Source: Girardia tigrina (Eukaryota). From it: DNA of 64,000 nt. Shown here in pieces: positions 51,826 through 62,813 of the stretch. The stretch is taken from the NCBI GenBank assembly GCA_001938485.1, contig MQRK01218924.1, positions 73,017 through 137,016 on the forward strand. Direction: 5' to 3'. How positions within the stretch are numbered: the stretch's first letter is position 1; every line of letters starts with the position of its first letter. Under the pieces are notes generated by a model. It was not told where the DNA came from, made no database searches, and saw only the letters and a program-made list of their open reading frames with translations. The position numbers were made by a program, and so were the translations under genes.

Positions 51826-53412
51826 CAGCGGTTTACAACTTGGGGTACTCGAAAGGTTGCTTAGGGGTAATCAAAAAAGTATTATGACTTAAAATGCAAT
51901 TCAAATCTAGCTTAAAAACTCAAAAGAATCTTTAAACAAATAAGCAAATGGTTATTTTCTTATATTAAAATAATTAAATAATAGGAAATAGTACCGTATG
52001 CTGATTTTTTAAACACATTTATAAGGGCAAAATAATCGTCTTGAAAGTAAATATATTAGGTTGGTCGAAAAATAATGGCGGTTTTGGGACACAAACTTTA
52101 AAGACGTGTGAATTCACAGAAACAAAAGTTTATTAATCAAAGTATGAACCGTTAGCATCAATACATTTTTGCAAACGAGAAACAAGTTGTTTTATTCCAT
52201 CAGCATAAAATGCATCGCTTCTCGAAGCGACGAATTATTGGAAGGCATTTTGAGCATCATTTTGGTTTTTGAAATTATTTTCACGTAGGAAGTTGTACAA
52301 ATGCCTGAAAAAGTAGAAGTCCGTTGGCGAGAGGTCTGGTGAATATGATGGATGAAGCAGGGTTTCATAGCCCAACTCATTAAGCTTTTGAAGAGTCACT
52401 TTTGAAATATGAGGTCTAGCGTTATCATGAAGAAGGTTGGGACTTTTTCGATTGATCAATCCCGGACAAAGAGTTTTCAATTTCTTATTCATTTCATCAA
52501 TTTCACCAAACTTTCACCATAACCTTACGGGGTGTTAATTTCGGTTTTGGAAAGTGTTTCGGTACATCATCTTTGTCCAACCACTGTGCAGATCGACCTC
52601 GGTTATCATACAGAATCCATTTCTCATCACAGGTAACAATACGATCAAGAAATGGATCGTTTTTATTGCGAAGATGATTGGCAGAACAAATTTCATAGCG
52701 TGGGTTCTTTTGATTTTCATTCAAATCACGTGGAACCCATTTATCAAGTTTCTTGATTTTTCCAAGTTGTTTTAAATGATCCTGGACTGTTGAATGACTA
52801 ATGCCCAACCCATCTGCAAGTTCTCTGATTGTTGTACGGGGATCTGTTTACACCATTGTCCTCAAATTGTCGTTGTTCACAGCAACTGGACGACCACGAC
52901 CTTCTTCATCTTCAAGGTTTTCATCTCCATCAGAAAATTTTTGGAACCATCGCTGCACTGTGCTCTCAGAAGCTGTTCCCTTGCCAAACGCTTTATTGAT
53001 ATTGCAAGCCGTTTCTGCTGCTTTACGACCCACTTTAAATTCGTAAAAGAAAATTGCTCGAATATTAATTTTTTCCATTATTAATTTAGCGCCGTAAATA
53101 TTCTAAAAAATAACAGCAATATGTTAATAATGACTATATGAATATACAGCTAGGCATAAGATTTCAAATAATATCTAACACTAATGCATTTAAACTTATA
53201 CACATATCAAAGTAGATAAACAAAATATAAAGCTCAAAAACCGCCATTATTTTTCGACCAACCTAATATTTGTATATCTGAAATTACTAGATGATTTCTT
53301 ATTTGTGTGTGTACACGCACATATATATACGTGTGTTTGTGTTTTATGGGTACTCACTAAATAAACAATCAGGTAGAGGGATACTCTAAAGAAAAAAGGT
53401 TTGGAACCCCTG
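51826..53412. mobile_element. hAT-type MITE interrupted by the mariner at 52056-53266
   Basis: Ends cagcggtttacaacttggggtactc ... aaaaaggtttggaacccctg (CAG..CTG); degenerate 8-bp flanks tcctaggt / ccttaagt. Confidence 0.55.
52056..53266 (-). mobile_element. mariner DD34D, cecropia-subfamily-like (Hsmar1-type TIR), small internal deletion
   Basis: 30-bp identical TIRs ttaggttggtcgaaaaataatggcggtttt with TA both sides. WVPRDL, IVTCDEKWILYDN, HDNARPH-(34)-D, YSPDLSPTD. Confidence 0.95.
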
Positions 53413-54526
53413 CCTTAAGTTATCCGCATCCCTTCAAAATTTTTATAATTCCAACATGTCCTACCTCATGATTTCATATAGAGGTCCATGGTAATAAAAT
53501 TCCTAAAGGGTGTGTTTTATCATCGGTACATTAGAGTATAGAGTTTTTCGAACTAGAATAAAGGTTTGCAATCCTAAATAAAACTGTTGTAATCATCAAA
53601 GGTTCTTCGTTTCTAAATCTTATTGCAAATGTAATTTTGGTTTAAAAATATATTGTACAGAATGTATCAGTCTGAATTAGAATTCAATTGATAAAAAGTA
53701 ATCACAAATCTGATCAAGAAAGCATGTAACTTTGTGATTATTCTTATCGTAAAAAATTGATTACTTCAGAAAGCTGCTTTGTCATTGATTCAGCTAAATT
53801 AACAAACCAATTGTTAACTTTTAATTAGTCAAAATTTTGAAAATTCTTGGGTTGTCTTTTTAACAAGAACCACAAGTTCTCCGTAGGGTTCAAATTGGAT
53901 CTATGTCGGACTACTTTAGTACTCCCCATTTTTCTTTTTATCCCTTCGTTAACCTTCTTTGAGTTAATCAATTAAAATTATATTTACCTGATAGTTTTTA
54001 AAACGAAATACGACCAGTACCATGGATAGTAAAGTTACGCTAAAGAATTACAGAACCTGGATTTTTTGTTGACTGACAAAAAGTGGGTTTTTCGTGAACA
54101 TTTTGCCAAAAATATTTATCTTATTGTTTCACTACTTTAGTTTCGCCTATTAATAATACTCTTCCAAAATTAAACTGTTTAATCTCGATATTTCATGACA
54201 ATTGTAGATTTTAATTTACGATGTTTCTTCGTTAGGAGGGGTTTCCATGAAGCCGGATAGTTTTCATAAATATTTAAAAACTATAAATTTAAACGTATAT
54301 TGGTGCAAAAAACTCGGTAAATGATATAATTTCATTTATTGAGACTTGGGAATCAAAGTTATAATAGGAATTTTAAATTTTTGCTTCAGATTTTGAATAG
54401 TATGTAGAATTTCCATAATGATGAATGTTTTTCTAAAATTAATTAATAATTAACTAATGATTTCAAGACTTCTATTAATGTTTTATAAACCATATCCTAT
54501 TATCTAATGTTTCAAAAAATGTTTAG

Positions 54527-54849
54527 GCAGAGGCCGATGAACTTATCAGTAATTATGACGAGGCCGGCGTTACATCTCCTAAATTAGACGAGATCTATCG
54601 ACGAATTATTGCTAATCTCGAATCGAAAAATTTAAATCAACACACTGAAGTGATAAAGAGTATTAAAAATCGACTCAATCTACGATTTGCTAATCAATAT
54701 GTGCCGAAACCAAACCAGTTGACAACAGGACAAAGTGGAACCCCGGGGTCTAGTGTAGTCACGACCCCATTGGCATCTCAGACACAACCCACAAAACTGA
54801 GGACACAGCTTAGCTCGGGATCAAATTATGGTTCCGGAGATTTGAATAG
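54527..54849 (+). CDS. trio: Trio-like exon q (divergent helical segment plus Ser/Thr/Gln-rich linker)
   Basis: tttag|GCA GAG...AAT AG|gttttt; open frame whose phases (0/2) bridge exons p and r. Homology weak. Confidence 0.75.
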
Positions 54850-55701
54850 GTTTTTATATTTATTATATTATATATTTAAAGAAATTTGAATTTTATTATT
54901 TGATTTAATAATAAAGCAAATCGATGATTATGATATTTGTCCTAAGAATCATAATATTTTCATTAAGAGTGAATTTTATAAATATGTATAATACAATATT
55001 GCATATCACAATTGTTAGGAATTATGAAATGTTAGGAAAATTTTTGAAATGAGGTTAAATTTAATATATACAAATGAAAATTTAGATATATTTAAATGTA
55101 AAGTTTGTAAAATTAATTTTAAAAATTGATAAGATCTAATTAAACTATGAAGAATTAATAGATATTTGAGATACTTTAAAATATAATATACAAGTTAAAA
55201 TATAGATTTTTAAATGTGTAATGATTTTTAAAAATTAATAAAATTAAACGAAATGATTAAATATTTTACAATGTTATTGTAATTTAAAATCGATAATATT
55301 ATTAAAAATGAAATTCATAAAATTAAAATAAAATCAAATATTAATATTATAAGTATTTTTATTTATACCCGCTTAAGATTAATAAAACAAATGTTTCTCA
55401 AAAATAAGTTTGTTTAAATATTTTTTTGTATTATAGTAAAATTTGAATGTCGGAAATAACTTGTAACCATTATTCCGAGGATATTCTAAGAACATCTAAC
55501 AACAATCATAAATTAATGTAACATTACATTTTCTGTAAAGATTATTTAATAAAATTTGAAATTTATAGACAGTGAAGCTTTACTACAAGACGTTATAATC
55601 AAAGATAGAACTTTGCCAATATATTTATGTCCAAAACATATATATATATATNNNNNNNNNNNNNNNNNNNNNNNNNNNNNNNNNNNNNNNNNNNNNNNNN
55701 N

Positions 55702-56875
55702 ATATGTATTTAATTTAATTTAATTTAAACACACGTCTTAGGTGAGATTCAAATTAAATGCAAGCACGTTTCCGACAAAAGTCTGAAAAGGCTCCATAGT
55801 TCAGTGATTTAAAGTCTACCTTTGTCGCGCTGACGGCAGAGTTGAGCTCTACAAGGAGAGTCAACTAGGTGCTGGTGCCTGCTTGGTGTTCAGCAGTGCC
55901 ATCTCTCAGAATTTCTTCGTTGGAGATGTACAAGAGGTGTTGGTTGTAATGTTTTGCGCATAGTTCGATGTTTCGCCTAGCTGTTCTGGTGGCGTATGCT
56001 GCGATGTCGTCGTCATTCCATCCAATGGCGGCGAGGAGGAAGTTGTTGGTTGGGTGCCATCGGCCGAGGCTACCCACGACGAAGGGGAAGATTGAGACTT
56101 CGGATTTTCCTTTGGATTGGATGAGATCAAGTTGGGCGTTTAGGTATTTATCACAGGCTCTGTCATATGCGTGATTGAAAGTGTCCTCTGCGTCCCAGGG
56201 GCTTTTGACCTCGATGATCCAGGCTGTACGACCAAAATCGACGAGAATGTCGAAGATGAAAAGTTTTCCATCGGGCATCTGTGTTCGACACTTACGGTGT
56301 TGTTGCCGAACTTTTTGCTGATGAATTTGGCTTGGTCGTTTTTGATTTTATCTTGTTTCATGATTCCAAATGGGAGGGAGTAGTCGCATCCGTTTATGAT
56401 GTGTATTTTCATAGAACCTACGTGTTTACCTTCGATTTGCACGTCGGTGGTGTTGTTGGAGTAAAGGCTTTTAAGAACGTTGAGGAGGATAGGATCAATG
56501 CCTAAGTGGTTGAGGATTTGAAAGAGGAGGACGTGTTGAACGCTGCCGTAAGCGTCTTTGATATCGCCGAAGAAGAAGGAGGCTTGTTTAGGAGTATCTT
56601 TACAGTTAAGGCAAGCAAGTCTTACATAGTCGCGAATAATGTTGACTACAGCATTGTGGTCATGGCATCCTTCGAGGGTCCCTACAGCTTTTTGGTTAGG
56701 GGAGATAATGTTCTTATCGAGGATCCAGTCGGTGTAGTAGTAGCCAATGAAAGAGACGGCTGCTTTTGGAATTGTGTTTGATTTGGTGATGGGTCTCCAG
56801 GCGTTTGGAAGGAGGAGTTCGCTGGAGGATTTGCCATTTTTGGGAATCATGGTGGTGGCAGATTTCTTCAAAGAA
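55702..56875 (-). mobile_element. R2/NeSL-type non-LTR retrotransposon with restriction-like endonuclease; 5'-truncated and internally deleted
   Basis: RT start WRPIT..NTIPK, SPNQKA...GCHDH, DIKDAYGSV fused directly to the knuckle tail HIINGC, then RLE IIEVKSPWD...DKY...FVVGSLGRWHP. 3' UTR ends in (AATTA)n next to (TA)n and an N gap. Confidence 0.85.
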
Positions 56876-57608
56876 ACTCTATAAAAACATCCATATGACT
56901 CTAGTCGTGCTCATCAACTTGAATTTTTACATTCTAAGGAAAACTATTTTTAAGATTGAATATTATTTGATAGTATTTATTTTTAAAAATAATCTTTAAT
57001 AAGTACTTTGTAAAAATTATTGATTCAAACTTATCTTAAAACAAAAGGACCAATAACGTCAGTGTTATTCCAAAAATTGTGAAATCTTTAATATTGTTAC
57101 GGTTGAAAGATCTATCAAAAGTTAATCGAACTTTAATTTAACACTCGATCCATCTTTTAGGTTTCAAAAATTAATTGGAATAGATTTAATTTATCACATG
57201 GAAATGCGGTTGTTTTCTTTCGGAACTGATATTTGATAAATCTGGAACTTTTTAAAAAAAGATTTGAATTTCTCAGAAACATCAAATTTGCAAATTTATT
57301 AAAATTTGGAAATGCTTTTTTTGTAATTATTTGATAACTGATGTCCGTTTATCCATTGATTTATTCTTTGAGTAGGCTTTTGGTTCTACCGAGGATTTTA
57401 TTTTGATATAGTCAAATAAAGGATTGCCATCAGTATCAAATATGTGATAAATATCGGTATCCATCCAGCAATGTAACTCATTGTAATAATATATTCTAAC
57501 ACATTATTTTTCTATCATTCATTATTTCTATAAATATATAATAAGTCTAATTAAAATGAAACATAATCTCATATTATATATTCTAATGACTAGTGAAATT
57601 TGTTGCAG

Positions 57609-57840
57609 GTCATCCATGTCCAGCACCGGCAGCGGTGGTAGTTCTAAAACTACAGACACGGCGGCTACCAGCGGAATATCTATATCCAGTGGAATGTCGC
57701 AAGTTCAAGAAAAGGCGGCTAAAAAGAGAATACATTTGATTAATGAAATGATCCAGACCGAAATATCTTATGTCAGTGATCTTGAAACATATTTGAAAAC
57801 ATATTATAAAGCCATTTCAGAAGGGTCCCTTGATATTAAA
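57609..57840 (+). CDS. trio: Trio-like exon r (linker and start of DH/RhoGEF domain)
   Basis: tgcag|G TCA...AAA|gtatat. KAAKKRIHLINEMIQTEISYVSDLETYLKTY (DH CR1). Confidence 0.94.
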
Positions 57841-57895
57841 GTATATATATATTGGATTTTCAAAATAATAATCTAATAAAAAATAAAATGTATAG

Positions 57896-58195
57896 GTACC
57901 ACAAGATTTAGTTATGAGAAAGGATGTATTATTTAGTAACATCAAAGAAATTCTTGAATTTCATAAAACTATATTTCTCCCCGAAATGACTCAATATGAC
58001 CCCACGAACCCGAATAAAACCGACAGTAACACAACTTGCTGTTTCTTGCCGGAGGATATTGGTCATTGCTTTATTCGATATGCTAACGATTTCAAAAAGA
58101 TCTATGTTAAATATTTTGCCAACAAAGATGAAGGCAACCAAATCATGATGGAGAAAATGGATTTCTTCAATGAGCTCATGAGTTATTGTTTTTCG
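57896..58195 (+). CDS. trio: Trio-like exon s (DH domain)
   Basis: tatag|GTA...TCG|gtaggt. LFSNIKEILEFHKTIFLPEM...LPEDIGHCF...YVKYFANK. Confidence 0.93.
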
Positions 58196-58610
58196 GTAGG
58201 TCTTTCTTTTGTCGACTTAAAGTTTGATATTATAATAGATTTAAATAAATCTACGAAAATATTACAGTAATGAAATGTGTTAATATTAAAATGTGAGATA
58301 TCAAAATTTGTCTCATAATAACCTTATTTTAATGAATATATATTGTAAACTTATGACTTTTATACAGTGAAGTCATCGTATGTTAAGGATACAAACTACT
58401 TCGAAAGGATACAGATGACTGCAACTTTTGCAACTTTTCCATTCTTTTTATTAGTTTGCTTTCTATATATATATATATATATATATATTGGAACAAAACG
58501 GTCCCATCGGAGTTCCTGAACAATATTAGCATAAACAGATATACTTATTAATTATAAGTAGTTTATATTACGCAAAAAATATTTAAATCCAGTAAACCAA
58601 TTTAAAGTCT

Positions 58611-58757
58611 AACTAGTAAATCAAAAAAATGTATTTATTTTCATGCTTTATGCGGGCGAAATCTGCTTGACCAACATAATTTTTAAAATTTTGTTGGCCA
58701 AGTAGACTTCTGTCTGCATAAAGAATTGATATAAAAATTTTTTTAGATTTACTAGTT
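58611..58757. repeat. Fold-back inverted repeat (~70-bp arms); one arm recurs at ~22965-23045
   Basis: aactagtaaatc...ctttatgcgggcgaaatctgcttgaccaaca / tgttggccaagtagacttctgtctgcataaag...gatttactagtt. Confidence 0.75.
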
Positions 58758-59286
58758 TGTTTTTTACTTGGATATGAAAAAAATTATTTAACTTAGAAGT
58801 TTTTTTATGTTTATGTTAAAGAACAAAAATAACAAATGTAACATCTGAACAAATTTTTCATTTTCTAATAAAATGTTGTACAAACCTTATAATTTTAAAT
58901 GTGCAGAAAAAGTTCCAACTTTTTAAAAAATATTCTCGACAACCGGGTTGTACAAGTTGTAACGTTTTGCAAGTTGTGCAACTTTATACATTCATTTGCA
59001 ACTTTTCCGGTTGCCCTACTGATTACTGTAATGATTACCGTGAACATACGGCAAGTCTTTTCTTTTTTTTACATTTATTTATTAAAGCCTTTCAAAAACT
59101 TGTGTTCATAAAGTTAGAGTGAAATGTATAATCGTCAAAATCTCGTAAGATATTTTATGAATAAATTAAGTTAAAATAATAATGTTTATTATTTATTATA
59201 AATCTAGTTTAAACATTTATTGGAGAAATTCTTTCAATTTATATTAAGATATTCAATATTTGAATGTGTCTATTTATAATTAAAAG

Positions 59287-59484
59287 GGCGAAGAACAAAT
59301 GAAGAACACGATACAATCATTTTGGATTAAACCGGTTCAAAGAATTACAAAATATACCATATTTTTGAAAGATTTGTGTAATAACTGTGATACCGGCAGT
59401 ACCGGGGAGTTAAGTGAGGCATATGAAGTTATGCTAGAAATGAATAAAAGAATTAACGACGAGATTCATTTAAAAGATATAAAA
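59287..59484 (+). CDS. trio: Trio-like exon t (DH CR3 and C-terminal helix)
   Basis: aaaag|GGC...AAA|gtatta. IKPVQRITKYTIFLKDL...KRINDEIHL. Confidence 0.93.
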
Positions 59485-59532
59485 GTATTATTTATTATCA
59501 TATTACTGTTAATATAAGCGGTGGTTTATTAG

Positions 59533-59859
59533 GGTCTTCCTGAAGATAGACCTCTTGAAGCCCTGGGGGATTTTATTCTCATGGATGACTTTACTGTTTG
59601 GGAACCCAGGCAAATAATTAAAAAAGGACGTGATCGAAGAGTATTTTTGTTTGATGTTTGCCTTGTTCTAACAAAGAAATATAATCATGACGATACAAAA
59701 ATTTTCTATCAATATAAATCTCACATTCTCTTAACTGAATGTAATATAACCGAACATATTGAGGGGGATCAATGCAAATTTGCTTTGTGGACAGGTCGCG
59801 TGCCGCCCCTTGGAGAATATAGGCTGGTATTGAAAGGTAAAGACCTGGAAATTAAGCAG
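59533..59859 (+). CDS. trio: Trio-like exon u (PH1 domain)
   Basis: attag|GGT...CAG|gttaga. FTVWEPRQIIKKGRDRRVFLFD...ITEHIEGDQCKFALWTGRVP, the Trio PH1 signature. Confidence 0.96.
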
Positions 59860-60869
59860 GTTAGATTAATTTTGTACTTTCATGAATTATTTTTATATTT
59901 TATGATTTAATTTTAAATAAGTGTTGATTTGAATCTATTTAAATCTATCTATTTTGTCAAATTATCACATAAAAAGGAAAATTTATTTATAATTTGTGCT
60001 GTTTATTTATTTTCAATTTACCTTTTGCTGATTCATTTTAATATTTTTTATTTATAAAATCGAAATAATATACGATCTCAGATTTTTTCCAAGATAATTT
60101 TTTCCTAAAATTTATTATGAAAAAATATTATTTTATATATAGATTTTAAGAGTAAACTAATCAGATTTAATTAAGTAAAAATAAACATTTAAAAAGATTG
60201 GCCAATACAGCATTTGTTTACTTAAAAATGGATCTTTAATTGAAATTTTGATCTTGTTCATTCCTGCTAGTGTTTCAAATTGCGCCTTTGAAGTTCTTTG
60301 GTATCTGTTATGAATGTAACTGTACTTTAAAAGAACCAATTATTCCGGATCAAATGTTCGGGTATTATTTTATTGAGCAGTACTACCGATATTGGCATTG
60401 TTTTGGATTTAAATTGAAGAAACACAAAACTTTGTAAATTTGTAAATGAAATAATTTATTCGAAATTATTGCGTTTGTATTAAGGTATTATTTATTGTTG
60501 TGTAAATCGTCGAGAATATAAAATCGCGACTTGTTTTGGGGTAAATAAATATTTGAATTTGGTTAATCGTTCGAAATTAGTCGATGTATTCTTATTATAA
60601 CAATAGGCGGTTTTCTTTTCCATCGAATTTCGATTTTAATATAATTCCCGGTAAAGATTGTCAGAGGAAACTCGGATATCTGGACAATGAACGATTTCTC
60701 TACCGAACAGAGCAGTGGTTATTTGAGTGGCTTTTACTGCGAGTCTCAGATAATTGTTTTCATTTATTTGAGATCGTTAAATGATTCAGATTTTGTTCTA
60801 GTGAGCAGCATCACTTTAAATTTCGATTCGTTTTATGTGATTCTTTTTTCAAAAATAAATATTAATTTA

Positions 60870-61337
60870 ATCGAACAACACTACAGAGTTTTTGTGAGGA
60901 AAAATATAGAGAGGATATGGTAAAAGGCCTTGTTCACAGAGTTCGGAATTTGTCGTCAAGTTTTGAAATTGCAAATCACGGTTTAAATATTCTTAGAAGG
61001 CGCTTGAGGGACAATATGTATACAGACAAGCAAATAAAACAACATTATGGTAACATTAGACAAATTATGTACGGATGTACGAGTTAAGAAACAATTAAAA
61101 GAAGAAAATACTGAAGAATGCAAACAAATCATTAAAATACCATATTCTGAAGGATTTATAGCGTTTAAGAAGAGTATTTGTAGAACAATAAGTAGTGCTA
61201 AAGTAGTCTCTGTCACATCCAAAGTTCAAAGTTTCCTCTCAAACAAATCGAAAACAGTTTGTGATTTGCAAGCTAATCTGGTATATAAATTTAATTGTCA
61301 CGGGTGTCAAAACTCGTACATCGGAGAGACGTTCAGA
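60870..61337 (+). mobile_element. Penelope-like element fragment (post-RT linker and GIY-YIG start)
   Basis: MVKGLVHRVRNLSS, KIPY, NLVYKFNCHGCQNSYIGET; related to the copy at 5994-7495. Confidence 0.85.
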
Positions 61338-62813
61338 GCGATGATGAAACATGAAGATGGAAGTTTCCTTGAGATCAACAAACTAGCCTATGCTGACGAC
61401 CTCTGCCTCATCGACACGGACTGGAACAACCTGATAAATAATTTGAACATTTTAAATGCATCCTTTTTAGATTTAGGTCTCAAGATGAACATCGGTAAAA
61501 CCAATGTTTTGAACCTAAACGGAGATACTCGGATCCTTACTGCTGGACACCAGTTTGAGGCCGGTATTGAGTGGGTCTCTAGCTTTTGTTAGCTAGGATC
61601 CACGATCTCTTCAGGAAATGTGGCTGCGGAAGTTAAAAAAAGAATTAAGAAAGGAACCCAGAAGATCCGGAACCTGAGACCAGTGCTGAAGATCTCCAAA
61701 CTGAGTATTAGGAATAAGAAGAAATTAATCAACGCATGCATATTCTCCGTAGTCTACTACGGCTGTAAAAGCTGGAGAACTACGGGCAAGAACATTAAGA
61801 AATTGCATGCCCTTCATAACCTATGTACGCCCATAGTTAGGAAGAAACACAATATTGAAAAGATCCGTATGAACATCCTGGACATTGGACTCCCACATCC
61901 CATGGATATTATCGCGAGTAAAAGGCTTACTTTCCACAGTAAGCCGGAAACTTCAGAGGTGTACGAGACAATCAAACGGAAGGGAGAAATACAAATGGGG
62001 AAAAAGATCAGTGGGAGAAAGAAGCAATCAATTTCGGAATGTCTTTGAGTGGACATACAATGGCTATTTGGGGATGATGCGGTGTATGGAGATTTCATTA
62101 ACCGCATCATTCACAGAGATCCTACTGCATCGAGGGAAACATACATAAACTCCTTAATTCGATTAGGAAGACTCAATAGGGCAAGAGCAACTGTACCGAA
62201 GCTGATCAACGAGAGAGACAAACGTCACCAATGTCCAGTAGAAAGATGCTACAAGGAGTTTGCCGAAAAGAAGGAGCTGAACAGACACTTGAAAATGGAC
62301 CACGCGGTGTCCGCTTCCGCTAATCCTGATCAGCTCAATGACACACAACAACAGCAATTGCCATTCCCATGTACACTATGTAAAAAGTCGTACAAAATGA
62401 AGGGGTGGCTGACAAAGCACCTCTACCTGGATCATAAATTGGAAGAGACAGAAGAAATTGGAGAACCGACAATGACACCAGCGCAAACCAGTACAACAAA
62501 TACCACAGAAGAAATAGTCGTAGAAAACCTCAACATTCCAGGCAACCAGATTCAATCCGTGACGGACCCCCCAACTATCTCGACGGCGGTGGAAGAAGCG
62601 ATAGGTACTGAAGAAACACATCTGACTTTTAGGATTGCAGATCTAAGTGCAAGGGGTAGTTCAGATGTCCCTTTCGCGGCTGTAAGAAGTCCAGGAATAC
62701 AGCCAAAGGTATGCAGAACCATGGATATACAACCCATGGGTGGTCGTTTCTCACAGGGAAGCCGAAAAGATCTCGGAGACCGAAACTATCCGACCCCGTA
62801 GGAGGCCTATCGG
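61338..62813 (+). mobile_element. 5'-truncated RTE-like LINE with C-terminal C2H2 zinc fingers; runs into the N gap
   Basis: LAYADDL, GLKMNIGKT, F.*LGSTI, EVKKRI, SVVYYGCKSW, then CPVERC-12-HLKMDH, CTLC-12-HLYLDH and (shifted frame) CPFRGC-12-HGYTTH. In-frame stops present. Confidence 0.82.

Larger units (their letters stand above)
15159..59859 (+). other. trio: Trio/Kalirin/UNC-73-like RhoGEF gene, partial (21 exons traced; 5' and 3' ends not found in window)
   Basis: Exons joined at GT-AG with consistent phases give 1483 open codons, collinear with the Trio/Kalirin order SEC14 - spectrin repeats - DH1 - PH1. Confidence 0.95.
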
